Shown: positions 1 to 14,260, counted from the first letter of the stretch. The stretch: DNA of 64,000 bases from Octopus vulgaris (GCA_951406725.2 OX597839.1:18042001-18106000); one strand, 5' to 3'. The notes: a model not told the origin generated them from the letters alone. Translations and numbers: made by a program.

Positions 1-299
1 AAACAGTTGCCTGTGCCTGATCTATAGTCAACAGCATACAGGTGCCGTGTGCACACGTATATACACACACATTGGTTTGCTTAACTTAACCTCAACAGAG
101 AAATAAAAGGACAAAGCTAATTTTAGTAGGAATTGAACTTGTGCGGTCAGAAATTTGCTTCCCAACCATGGGGTCTAGGGTCCAGTCTCACTACCCAGCA
201 CATTAGGCAAATGTCTTATAATTCGACCCCTGCGTCGAGCAAGGCCTTGTGAGTGGATTTGGTAAACAGAAATTGAAAGACGCCCATCATATACACATA

Positions 300-1195
300 C
301 GAAGGGGTGCTGAAAAGTCCCTGGCTTTCGGTAAAAGAAAATACAGGAGGATCACTTAATCATGATTTTATCCAACATATAGGCGAAGGAGTGGCTGTGT
401 GGTAAGTAGCTTGCTAACCAACCACATGGTTCCGGGTTCAGTCCAACTGCGTGGCATCTTGGGCAAGTGTCTTCTGCTATAGCCTCGGGCCGACCAATGC
501 CTTGTGAGTGGATTTGGTAGACGGAAACTGAAAGAAGCCTGTCGTATATATATATTTATGTGTGTCTGTGTTTGTCCCCCTAGCATTGCTTGTGTGTTTA
601 CGTCCCCGTTACTTAGCGGTTCGGCAAAAAAAGAGACCGATAGAATAAGTACTGGGCTTTCAAAGAATAAGTCCCAGGGTTGATTTGCTCGACTAAAGCC
701 GGTGCTCCAGCATGGCCGCAGTCAAATGACTGAAACAAGTAAAAGAGTAAAAAAAGAGTATATCCGAACGTGGCCGTAGCCAGCGCCGCCCTGACTGGTC
801 TCCGTGCCGGTGGCACATAAAAAGCACCAAACGATCGTGGCCGTTTGCCACCCTCGTCTGGCACCTGTGCCAGTGGCACGTAAAAAGCACCCACTACACT
901 CACAGAGTGGTTGGCGTTAGGAAGGGCATCCAGCTGTAGAAACACTGCCAGATCAGTCTGGGCCTGGTGCAGCCTTCTGGCTTCCCAGACCCCAGTTGAA
1001 CCATCCAACCCATGCTAGCATGGAAAGCGGACGTTAAACGATGATGATGATGATGATGATTCCCCTCTCGGATTCCCACACTTATTGAACTGGTCCTTCA
1101 GTTTTTTTAAGCCCTGTAAAAGAACTTGGAAGGTTAGACTTCCATCCAGGCCTTTTACGATATCCTTAAAGACAGGAACTTTCAGCACTCCCTCT
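300..1195. mobile_element. Mariner-type MITE interrupted by two nested SINEs
   Basis: Ends CGAAGGGGTGCTGAAAAGT / GGAACTTTCAGCACTCCCTC are imperfect inverted repeats next to TA; 382-1060 is SINE sequence. Confidence 0.55.
382..760 (+). mobile_element. tRNA-headed SINE family A (representative; others near 10258-10625 -, 16790-17192 -, 26741-27155 +, 36990-37350 -, 40918-41298 -, 42331-42710 +, 50868-51280 +, 61170-61540 -)
   Basis: Recurrent ~370-bp unit GGAGTGGCTGTGTGGTAAG...GGTTCAGTCC (A/B-box-like)...CCTTGGGCAAG...internal TA/TG microsatellite...GACTGAAACAAGTAAAAGA; more than 15 copies in the window. Confidence 0.9.
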
Positions 1196-1916
1196 TACAT
1201 ACGTATGTGTGTGTGTGTACATATATGCATATTTGAGTGTGTCTGTGTTTGTTCATCATCATTGCTTGAGAATCGGTGTTGGTTTATTTACATCCCTGTA
1301 AGTAGGCTGTTCAGATAAAAGAGAATGATAGAATAAATACCAGGCTTTAAAAATTAAGTACTCGTCTTGATTTGTTTGAATGAATCCTTTCAAGAGTGTG
1401 CCCCAGCATGGCTGCATTCCAAAGACTAAAACAAGTAAAAATATAAAAGACAAAAGAAATTCCTCAATTATCATCATTGTTTAACGTCCGCTTTCCATGC
1501 TAGCATGGGTTGGACGATTTGACTGAGGACTGGCGAACCAGATTGCTGCACCAAGGTCCAATCCGATCTGGTAGAGTTTCTACAGCTGGATGCCCTTCCT
1601 AATGCCAACCACTCCGAGAGTGTAGTGGGTGCTTTTACGTGCCACCAGCATGAGGGTCAGTCAGGCGGTACTAGCAATGGTGTTTTATACATGCCACCTG
1701 CACAGGAGCCAGTCCAGTGGCACTGACCTTGCTCGAATGTTTTTTCACGTGCCACCAGCACAAGTGCCAGTAAGGCGATGCTGGTAACAATTACGCTCGA
1801 ATGGTGCTCTTAGCACACTCTTACATGCCAGTATGGAAGGTGGATGTTAAACGATGATGATGATGACGGTATATACATATATATATCATATATACATATC
1901 ATATATATATATATAT

Positions 1917-1991
<75 letters not shown>

Positions 1992-2680
1992 TATATATGT
2001 ATATACCGTCATCATCATCATCGTTTAACATCCACCTTCCATACTGGCATGGGTTGGACAGTTTGACAGGAACCGAGCAGATAGAAGACTACCCCAAGCT
2101 TTTGTGTTTGTTTTGGTATAGTGTTTAGAGCTGGATGCCCTTTCTAACACCAACCACCTTGCAGAGTGGAGTGAGGGCTTTTTACGTGGCACCAGTACAG
2201 GCGAGGTCAGTTTTGGCATGGCTTTTATAGCTGGATGCCCTTCCAAATGCCAATCACTTCACAATGTGGACTCGACATGTCTTACGCAGCACCAGCAGGG
2301 TCACCAAGTAACTTGCAAAACAAGGAATCTAAAAACACTGCGTCCCACCCACATCTGGCTACCAACTGGTGTTGGTTCTTTTACATCCCTGTAACTTAAC
2401 AGTTTGGCAAAAGTGACCAAGGGAACAAGTACCAAATATTACACTTAAAAGTATTGGTGTCGATTTGCTTGCCTAAGCTCTTCAAGATAGTGCTCCCACA
2501 TGGCCACAGCCCAATGATTGAAACAAGTAAAATGCAAAAATTGTAAGATTGAATTTGAGGTAGACAAGAGAAAAAGCCCTATTTAGGGTTCAGTCTCACT
2601 TTATTATCCCCTAATTTCTATTTTGTTATACATTTAAATTAAATAAAATTCATAATATATATCAGTGTGTATATATACAA

Positions 2681-2686
2681 TTTATT
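2681..2686 (-). promoter_or_regulatory. Candidate polyadenylation signal AATAAA of RAD51C
   Basis: TTTATT on + strand about 58 nt downstream of the stop; a second copy at 2600-2605. Confidence 0.55.
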
Positions 2687-2743
2687 AGATCGAAAAAGTA
2701 ATTATTTATGTTCACAATTTCATAAAAGAGTCTCCATCATTTG

Positions 2744-2854
2744 TCAAACTGTTTTCTGACGTTTTGTGGCTGGTTCTTCAGCTGCAGCAACCACACCATG
2801 TTCTGGTTCCTCTTCTGTTGGGCCACGGTTGACCACATCACGAATACCACCCAT
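2744..2854 (-). CDS. RAD51C: RAD51C terminal coding exon
   Basis: Acceptor GTCTTTACAG|; [36 protein letters not shown] then TGA at 2746-2744; GxRD motif and a basic NLS-like KRQK tail. Confidence 0.93.
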   Translation of the reverse strand: MGGIRDVVNRGPTEEEPEHGVVAAAEEPATKRQKTV

Positions 2855-4241
2855 CTGTAAAGACAAATAATGATTACCTTCGTTAAATACATAAAATACA
2901 CTATACATATATATTCACCATCATTATCATCATTGTTGTTTAACCTCATGATTGTGAGCCCGACAGTCTAAACACTGAGCCATGTGCCTTCTTATATATT
3001 CTCTTTTTGGAATGTTTCAAAGCATACACATAAAGCTACAAATAATAGCATGTAAATATTGGTTGAAAACCCCTTTTGGAAAGGAAAAGTTGAAAGCTGC
3101 CTGTGGGACTTTTTCCATCCAAAAGAGTTTCCCAACCCAATATTTACATAGATTTATGTGTATCCTTTGAGATATTCCAAAAAAAAAATTACTTCATATT
3201 TTCTCAAAAGTTTACAAAATTCTTATCATGTCAACAATGTGTGTGTGTGTGTGTGTATGTGTGTGTGTGTGTGTGTGTGTGATGGGTTCTCACATTCTTT
3301 TGTCTACTAAATTCACTCACAAGGCAATGGTCAGTCTGAGAATATAATAGAAGACACACATCCCACCCCAGACAGACACACACACACACACCCTAGACAT
3401 ACATATACCCCCAGGCACACACCCACTACACTCCATCAATTCTACCTTCTCTCCACTGTCTTTGATAGCAGGCTTGCCTAGTGTTGACCTGTGGTTAAAC
3501 AACAACAACAACAAAAACAATAATGAAACTCAAAATAAGATTAGCCATTTCCTCTCAAGCAGTGGGTCTCAACTGGGGTCTATATGATTCTTGGCGGGTG
3601 GGTCCATATGGCCCTTGGAAGTCCATGTAAGATTTTGCTGTTAAAATTTATCTGCAATAAAATTGGTTATAATAATAATAATGAAATTATTGTATACAGT
3701 GCTAAGGTGCACCACAACTTGTCAGAAAGTGCATATAAAGTGTATGCAGTAATGTACAAATGTCTGGAAAGCGAACAATGTATGAGTCAGATACATGCTT
3801 GTGTGCGTATGGAGGGGAGAAAATCAGGTGTAGTGTCGGCAAATCTCAGAAAGCATGGAAGTTTTGAAGGATGCAGTGCTCCAACAACTAACAGCTGATG
3901 CCAGCAGTTTGTTCCATGGTTCAGCAACTCTCAGCATGAAAAAAATGTTTCCTAAATTCATGGGAGCTGTGCTATTTTCTGACTTTGTAAATATGTCCAC
4001 GGGTGGAGTTTGAAAAGGTGCTCAGAGTTATTGTTTGTAAGATGGTTGATAATTTTATGGGTGTCTGCCAAGTTATACTGCTAAGATCATAAAATATTTT
4101 AATGATTTTTTTTTAAATACAATTCTTCATAATATTTAATTTTGAAATTACAATGGGATTTTTTAAACATCAAATGGCTAGGAGGGTCCACCCAAGTAAA
4201 AGGGGTCCATAGGTAAAAATGGCTAAGAACCACTGATGTAG

Positions 4242-4279
<38 letters not shown>

Positions 4280-7200
4280 AGTTATCTGAAAGGAAACAAC
4301 GTCCTCCTTGTGTTCAGGTGATTTGTACAGCAATGCCTTTCTTTGGTTGTCTTTCCAGTAGAGGATGATACGTATGGTAGAGATGTGAGCCCAACTCTCC
4401 CCTAAGGCAGGGACCATGTTTTGACTTGTGTCACTCGTGTTCATGTAGCTGGAAGAGCTGTAATTGTTGTTGCTGTAGTTTATGCGAGTGGTCATTTGGT
4501 TTGTTAATACAACCTGGAGGAAGATAAAAGATGTGGGCGGGAGGAGAAAAAAAAATGGACTCATTAGTTCAAATCATCATCATCATCATCGTTTAACGTC
4601 CACTTTCCATGCTAGCATTAAACGATGATGATGATGATTTGAACTAACGAGTCCTCATCTTCATCATCATCATCATCACCATCACCATCACCATTGTTAT
4701 CATTATCATCATTATTAACATCATCATCATCACCATCACCACCACCATCACCATTGTTATCATCATCATCATCGTCGTCATCATTATCATTGTTATCATC
4801 ATTAACATCATCATCATCACCATCACCACCACCATTGTTATCATTATCATCATCATCATCATTATCATCATCATTAATATCACCATCACCATCACCATTG
4901 TTATCATCATCATCATCGTCATCATCATTATCATTGTTATCATCATCATCATTAACATCATTATCATCACCATCACCATCACCATTGTTATCATCATCGT
5001 CATCATCATTCACTGTTTTTTCCATGTTTGCATGGATTGGGCAGAGTTTATTTGAAAGCAGAATTTTTCATGACTGGACGCTTTTCCTGTCACCAACCTT
5101 TACCTGTTTCCAAGCAAGGTATTTTTCCCCATGGCCACACATGTTCTCTCAGGTTGTTGGAAATGAATGACACACCTTGTTTGACAATGATAATCATTTT
5201 ACAACAAACACACACTGTAAAGACAAGGAAATACAAACATACACACACACGCACACACACACAAACAAACACACACACACACACACAAACAAACACACAC
5301 ACACATATATACATACAACAGGCTTTTTTCAGTTATCATCTACTATATCTACTTACAAGGCTTTGGTTTGCCCATCGTTATAGTAGAAGATACTTGCCCA
5401 AGGTGCCATGCAGTGGGACTGAACCCAGAACCATGTGGTTGAGAAGCAGACCTCTTGCTACACACCCATGCCTTGGATGAAAAATACTAAGGCCTGATGT
5501 TGAACAGTAGATTCAAAATCAGGAATAAAAATAATGATCCTTTCTGCTTTAAACACAAGACCTGAAATTTTGTTGGGAGGAGGCAAGTTTCTTACTTCAA
5601 CCCCAGTGACTAACTGGTATTTATTTAATCAATTTAAAAAGGATGACAGGTAAAGTCGACCTCAGCAGAATTTGAACTCAGATCATAAGGACAGATGAAA
5701 TGCTGGTAAGCAATCTGTCTGATGTGCTAATGATTCTGCCAGCTCACTGCTTAAGAAATAAAGATAATCCTTTCTACTATAGGTACAAGGCCTGAAATTT
5801 AGGGAAGGGGGCTAGTCGATTACACTGACCCCAGTGTTCCACTGGTACTTATTTCATCGACCCCGAAAGGATGACATGCAAAGTTGATCTTGGCAGAATT
5901 TGAACTCAGATCACAAGGACAGACGAAATACCGCTAAGCAGTTTGTCCAGTGTGCTAACGATTCTGCCAGCTTGACACCTAAGAAATAAAATATACCAAC
6001 AGCATCATCATCATCATCATTAAACAGGGTGCAAGAGATATTTAAGAACACATTTTAAAATTCATATCTCTAATTTAACAAAAACCAAATATATTTTGAT
6101 AAAAATTTGTACACGTTTTCAATAAGCTTTCTTATAAGATTATTTTATGAATCTGCCCTTCAGCTTTGATGACTGCTTCAATGCAGGGCGAGAAATGTTA
6201 ATTATAAAAATAATAATGATAATAATAATAATAATAATAAACAGCTGATATTTACCGCTAACGCATGTTTGTTTGCAATTTGGATGAGACTTTGGGCAAT
6301 GGTTGTTAACAAACAAGTCCTGAGTCTGATGTCTTCAAAGTCATGACGAAAATGAAAAGCTATACTATCAATGATGACCAGTTTCACCTAAAAAATAGAA
6401 TAAAAACAATATGTTAATGAAATATTTCATAAAACCATCAGCATCATTACTATCAACATCACTGCCAGCATCAGTGTTGTCATCTTCATCACCACCAATT
6501 CATTGCTAGTGTTACTTATAAAACATCTTAAGTTTTTCAGGGGTGAGATAGATAGGCCAAAAAAAAAAAAAACTCTAGATGGGCAAAAATTTATAACAAA
6601 AATTTGCATTCTTGTTTTTTCGCTGATTGACCTTTGGCACAAAATGGATTCAATTAAAAAAATATTCCGTTTGTGTTGTAGAAATTGTCGCCAGATGTAA
6701 GGGTAGCTTCTGATCGGTTGATAAATGAAGTGGTATGTTTTCTGAGCTACCAACCATGCAGCGAAAAGAATATTAAGTTTTGGTACCAATTATGTACCAC
6801 TGTTCATTAGACTGATACAAATAAGTGGTACTTTATTTGTACCACCCAACTTGAAAGACTTAAACAACCTATGATTCCATGCATGGCATGGATAAATGGT
6901 ATATAACTTCTAGACAAAGAGAGATAGTGATGTATGCATGCATTAAGATATTTGCTGATACATTTCTCATAAACAATAGTCTCAAATTTTGTCTCAAGAC
7001 CAGAAATTTCAGTAGAGGGGTGTAAATCAAATAAAATTGATCCCAATACTTGATTGGTACTTATTTTATCAACCCTCAACAAGGATAAGAACATGTCCTC
7101 CATCTCCCACTAGATCAATTTACCAGAGCTTTATTCTCATTCAACGCAACAGCTGTGGGCCGAAAGAGGCCTTGTAGCAGGCCCCACAACCAGATGGCTG

Positions 7201-10200
7201 GATGTGATTGGGGAAGATCTCCAGAGGCTTGACGTCACCTTGGAGGATGCAGAGCAGGTGGCATAGGACCACCAGTAATGGAGAACACTTGTGGACCTGG
7301 TTGGCTCTATGCATGGTGACTGCTCTGGGATCACCAGCTTGGAATGACCTCAGCCCCATAATGTAAAAGCATAAAGCATGATCTAAGTAAGCAAGCGAAA
7401 GGATGAAAGGCAAAGTCAACCTCAGTGGAATTTGAACTCAGAATGTAAAGACAGACAAAATGCCACTAAGTATGTTGTCTGATGTTCTAATGATTCTACC
7501 AGTTCACTGCCCTACATTTTTCCTAAATATTATCAGACAAAATATGAACCTCCACATAATAATTCGAAACACCTAAGCTCCATATGGCTCTGGCAGAAGG
7601 TAATGGCGAACTTCTGCTGACTCTTTCATCACAACTTTCTCTCACTCTTTCCTCCTGTATCTAGTAGCTTATCTGTGATGGACTGGCGTCCCCTCCAGAT
7701 GGAAACCTATATGCCAATGAAACCAGGAAACTGGCCTTCATGAGCCAGGCATGGCTTGAGAAGGAACAAACAACAAGTGAAATAAGAACATAGCATGAAC
7801 AAACAATGATAGGTTTACCTTAGGACGATCTTTAATGAGTTCCGAAAGCAGGTGTATGATAGCCAGGAGTTCTACATAATCCCGACAACGGAAGTAATGG
7901 ATCCCATTTAGTACTTTGTCAGTGGTGAATGTGACAGGAGAGTCACCTGAAATATATAAAGTAACGGTCGCTTAGCAACACAAACCCAGAACTAAACACC
8001 AACCTCTTAAAAGTTCTTCAAAAGCCAAACCAAATACTTGCATCACCATCATCTCTGTTTTAACGTCCACTTTTGCATGCTTGTCGGAAAGAATTTACTG
8101 AGGCAGATCTTCCACAGCTGGTTGCCCTTCTGTCACCAATGTTTACCTGTTTCCAAGCAAGGCAGAAATTTTCCTCATGGCCAAAGTGGTGAGAAAGGAT
8201 CTTCTGATGCTGGGCTACACAGTGGTAATGACAAGAGACCGAGACTTCTGTGCTTGAGAAGACATGTCAAGCTAAGTAAAACCATGGCCATCTTTGCATA
8301 ACAGGCATGTCCTCTACATCTCTTTCTCTCTCTCAACCTAGAGACCCTAGTCTTACGGGCTCGTGGGTGTTGGTGCGAAATAAAAGCAACCGTGCTAGTG
8401 TCACATAAAAGTGCTCCATGTCGGTGCCACGTAAAAGCACCTGTGCTGGGGCCACATAAAAAGCACATAGTACACTCTGCTAAATGGTTGGCATTAGGAA
8501 GGGTTATCCAACCACAGAAACCATGCCAAAACAGACAGCTGGAGCCCAGGCAATGCTACAGCAGGCCAGCTCCTGTCAAACCGTCCCATCCATGCCAACA
8601 TGATGAACAAATGCTAAATGATGATGAACACTTCTATGATGTTGACACACAGAACTATTACACAACGGCAGTACACAGAGACACAAACAAACACCCACAA
8701 TCACACACATATACGTATATATATATATATATATATATACAGGGTGATTAGAAAGTAACTCCCTATTTTAAAATGCTTATAATTTATTTATTAACTATAA
8801 TTTTTTTCTCAAATTTGTTGTGTATGTTCTTTAATATACAGGAATTGACTCCATGTTGTTTTTTTTTCAGATTGATTATTTTGTTTGAAATTTAGAAGCC
8901 CTACAAACATGGCTGGATGTCCTACTGTGCCCAGCTAGCTGCATATTACGAAGTTTGGAGATCAGTTGTTCAAGTGCAAAGATGGTGGAGGACCATTAGA
9001 GGAAGACATGCTTAAGTTGATGCAAAGATAATCAAGAATTGTCATGCAAAATTCATAACTATAGGATTTGTAGCTGGTACTTGAAGTGGTCGACCTTCCA
9101 ATTCATCAAGGTCCGCATGACTGGCTGGCCAGAAGCCCTGATTTAACACCCTGCGACCGTTTTCTTTGGGGTTGATTAAAGGAGGAAGTCTTCTCTACCC
9201 AACCAATGACTTTGGAAGAACTTGAAGGGTGAATACAAGAAGTTATGTCTTTCATTCCACAAGAGTTCCTGATGAAATCAGTTGATGTGGTTCCCAGGCG
9301 GTTTGAGAAGCTGGTGGTGAATGCTGATGCCTATATTAAATTTTAAATTAAATTTCATGCTATACACTTTCTTTACATATTCGTTTTTTCTAAAAATTAT
9401 AGTCAATAAATAAATTATAAGTATTTTAAAATAGGGAGTTACTTTTCAATCACCATGTATATATATATATGACAACACCAACCTTCTGCACACTGAAGGT
9501 CTGGAATCGCTTAATAATCTGAAGTAACTTATGAGCAGGTACTCAAAATCCCTGAGTCTGCCAGACAAGTTTACTGGGCAGCCCTGTTTCATTAGGACCT
9601 TGCACTGTAACAGTATTAATGAACTCTTGTCATTTATATTAATAAACAGGCACATGTGAAACTGTCTAAACCATGTGTGCATGGAAAATGGTTGTATGAG
9701 GATGACAATGATGGTGATGATGATGATGATAATGATGATGATAAATATGAGGATGATGGTGATGATAATGACGATGATAACGATGATGATAAGAATGATG
9801 ATGACGATGATAACGACGACAATGATGATGATGAAGATGATGACGAAGATGATGATGACAATGATGATGATGATGACAATGATGGTAAGAATGATGATAA
9901 CGATGGCAATGATGATGATAAAGATGACGACGAAGACGATGACAATGATGATGACAACAATGATGATGAGGATGATGATGATTCTACTCACCATCCGTAT
10001 CGAGATTCTGGCAATGGCGAACAGTCACCTCAGCTATATCTTGAAGTCTTTCGACAATAAAACTGCCTTCTGTGTCTATGTAGATGGCTTCTCCTTCCAC
10101 ACCTCCGAAACATTCGGGAATCTGGACATCGACAGCCAGTTGCATGCTGGGAGAAATTCAAATAAAAAGACAGAATTAATTGTCGCAGATATTAGCTTCA

Positions 10201-11347
10201 GAAATTTTAAGAATCCCATTGAGATTTCGATTGAGAGATATAGCAGGGTGATGGTATACTCTTTACTCCCTTTACTCTTTTACTTGTTTCAGTCATTTGA
10301 CTGCGGCCATGCCGGAGCACCGACTTTAGTTGAGCACATCGACCCTGGTACTTATTCTTCGTAAGCCTAGTACTTACTCTATCGGTCTCTTTTACTGAAC
10401 CGCTAAGTTACGGGACATAAAGAGACCAGCATCGGTTGTCAAGCAATGCTAGGGGGACAAACACAGACACACAAACATACACACACACATATATACATGC
10501 ATATATATGACAGGCTTCTTTCAGTTTCCGTCTACCAAATCCACTCACAAGGCTTTGGTCGGCCCGAGGCTATAGTAGAAGACACTTGCCCAAGGTGCCA
10601 CGCAGTGGGACTGAACCCAGAACCATTGTTTCCTTTATCTTTTACTTGCTTCATTCACTAAACTACAGCCATACTGGGGCAGCACCTTGAAGAATTTTTA
10701 GCAGAATGAATCAATCCCTCTGTTTGGATAATTTACGCCCATTATAATTTCTCGCTCTATATACACATTTACAATATGAATGCATCATTCAGAATATGGC
10801 CAAAATACTACCTGAATTTACCTAGGATTTTAACTAAAAAACCAGTACCTTCACAGAAGTACCGATCACATCCATATCCTCTGGAAAAAGAGGATTTGTG
10901 AACATTATTCTCCTGCCTATATTCTTCTAACTATTTTTACTCTTTATTCTTCCATTTTATTCTTTGTAAACTGTAAATTTTCCCTATCTAAAATATTCAT
11001 ACCTTGTCTTTGATAACAGAATACCCAGTGCATGGACATGCTAATCAACGGCTGTAATACTTCAAATTCACCTTACCCTAATTAAATTATTCTAATTGAT
11101 CTAAGATACTTGTTCTGTCTTGGTTTGATTTTCCCTCTAATATAACATAATATAATACAAATATATGTATGCATGTATGTGTGTGTGTGTGTGTGTGTGT
11201 TACATAAAACGAGACAACAAAGCCCAGCCTGTGTGGGATTTTCAGGACATTTATAAAGAGAAAGTTAGTCTTACAGCTGTTTCTGGGATATCCCTCCATC
11301 AGAGATGATGTAAGATGGTTAAACAGAAGGATTTAAGAAAATAGAAG

Positions 11348-11429
<82 letters not shown>

Positions 11430-11574
11430 CATAAAACGAGACAACAAAGCCCAGCCTGTGTGGGATTTTCAGGACATTTATAAAGAGAAAGTTAGTCTTA
11501 CAGCTGTTTCTGGGATATCCCTCCATCAGAGATGATGTAAGATGGTTAAACAGAAGGATTTAAGAAAATAGAAG

Positions 11575-11615
<41 letters not shown>

Positions 11616-11796
11616 CATGTGTGTGTGTGTGTGTGTATTGTGTGTGTGTGTTCATAAAATGAGACAACAAAGCCCAGGCTGTGTGGAATTTTCAGGACAT
11701 TTATAAAGAGAAAGTTTCTGGGATATCCCTTCATCAGAGATGATGTGAGATGGTTAAACAGAGGGATATGAGAAAATGAAAGTAAAAATTTAAAAA

Positions 11797-11843
<47 letters not shown>

Positions 11844-12542
11844 CCTTTATTTGTTTCTGTCATTTGACTGTGGCCATGTTGTAGCATCACCTTTAGTTGG
11901 ACAAATTGACCCAGGACTTATTATTTGTAAGTCTAGCATTTATTCTATTGGTCTCTTTTGCTGAACCACTAAGTTATAGGACATAAACACACCAAAATCA
12001 GTTGTTGGCCAGAGGCTATAGTAGAAGAAGGCAGCGAGCTGGCAGAAACGTTAACCTGCCAGGCGAAATGCTTTGCAGTATTTCATCCGCCGCTGCGTTC
12101 TGAGTTCAAATTCCGCCGAGGTCGAATTTGCCTTTCATCCTTTTGGGGTCGATAAATTAAGCACCAGTTATGCACTGGAGTCGATGTAATCGACTTAATC
12201 CGTTCGTCTGTCCTTGTTTGTCCCCTCTGTGTTTAGCCCCTTGTGGGTAGTAAAGAAATAGGTATTTCAGCAGTCTTTACGTTGAGTTCAAATTCTGCCA
12301 AGGTCAACTTTGCCTTTCATCAGTTTGGGGTTAATAAATTAAGTACCAGTTGCATACTGGAGTCAATCTAATTGACTGGCCCGTCCCACTCACCCAAAAT
12401 TTCGGGCCTTGTGCCAAGAGTAGAAAAAATGCTATAGTAGAAGACACTCGCCCAAGATGTCACACAGGAAACTGAACCCAGAACCATGTCATTGGGAAGC
12501 AAGCTTCTTACTACACTGCCACGCCTGTGCCTATCATTTGTT

Positions 12543-12574
<32 letters not shown>

Positions 12575-13564
12575 AACAAATCACAACAGATGGCTTGTGG
12601 TTCACTACAGCTGCTTCAGAAGTGTTTTTTATTGATGAATGAAAATGTTACATCATGAAAAAAAAACGTTTCCATCAGGTAGATACAGGTAAGAATTAAA
12701 CATATTGAACATCTCAAGAAAAAGTAAATAGTGCCATTTGACTCTTCTGACCCCAACCCCAAAAATATATTCTGTTAGAATACACACACACACAATCAAC
12801 ATAATTTCTTTTTTTTAAAGGCTTCATTTTCTATGCTTGTATAGGTCAGATCCGAGAGGACTTTATAGAGCAATGCCTTATGGAGTGAATACCTATTTCT
12901 TTACTACCCACAAGGGGCTAAACACAGAGGGGACAAACAAGGACAAACGGATTAAGTCGATTACATCGACCCCAGTGCGTAACTGGTACTTAATTTATCG
13001 ACCCCGAAACGATGAAAGGCAAAGTCGACCTCGGCGGAATTTGAACTCAGAACATGACGGCAGACGAAATACAGCTATGCATTTCACCCCGCGTGCTAAT
13101 GTTTCTGCCAGCTTGCCGCCTTATGGGGTGAATACCATTTCCAAAAGCAACTGCTTTCATCATTTGTTGTGGCACTCAGGTATTTATTCTGAACCCCACT
13201 CACACACACATACACACAAACAGACACAGACACACACACACACATACATGCACATAGACAAACATAAAGAACGAAGAACCAGTTACCACATTTGGGTTTT
13301 ACCAATGCCTGGAGCCCCGCAGAATTCAGTAATCTTGCCCAATGGTACACCGCCATTCAGCATGGAATCCAATTTCTCAGAAAATGTCACAATACTCTGC
13401 ATGTTCTGTTCTTTGAGTAATAAATCAAAAGCTGACACAGTCTTTCCAGCAGAAGTCACAGTCTTTAAAGGAGTACCATTCTTGTGTATACAGTTCAGAA
13501 TTTCCATGGCTTCTTCATGGCTTATCTCCAAATCTATGGACAAAGTCAATAAAAAATAACATAA

Positions 13565-13612
<48 letters not shown>

Positions 13613-14260
13613 AGTAAAAGCAATTAAGATTCAAGTGAGTTCTGTTGAATTCACATGAATGCGGTACTTAACTTAGATGCACCAGAAATCTATATGGTAT
13701 TAACCATAAGATAATGCGGGGTGATTATAAACAAGAAAAAAGCAACAAAAATGGATCAGTATTTCGGTACAATTGTTTCATATGAAGACCAGCTTTATTT
13801 GCAGCCTTAATAAAGCTGGTCTTCATATGAAACAATTGTACCGAAATACTGATCCATTTTTGTTGCTTTTTTCTTGTATATATATATATATCAATAATAA
13901 CAAAGGATGAAATTAATTAATTAACTAGTAATCAATAATTTCAGCAAGTAGAATTCGGCATGAAAAAGGACCACTTCACGGTAAACTTAAGTAATACTTT
14001 ACAATAGGGTTCAGCAAAGATTTGCTTTACCACTTACCGAAGATTAGAAATAGCAGTCAAAGAACCTTAGCTATTTCCTCTACTTTAAAAAGAGATTCTT
14101 GGAAAAAACTAATTACTCGAAAACAATCCATTTGTTTTCAAGTAATTTGTTTTTTCCAAGAATCTCTTTTTAAAGTAGAGGAAATAGCTAAGGTTCTTTG
14201 ACTGCTATTTTTAATCTTCGGTATGTGGTAAAGCATATCTTTGCTGAACCCTATTGTAAA

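Noticed and set aside
4618-5170. Poly-D, poly-M and poly-S ORFs (also 9446-10364, 29564-29806, 34665-35161)
   Set aside because: Trinucleotide low-complexity tracts that are open in several frames, inside RAD51C introns.
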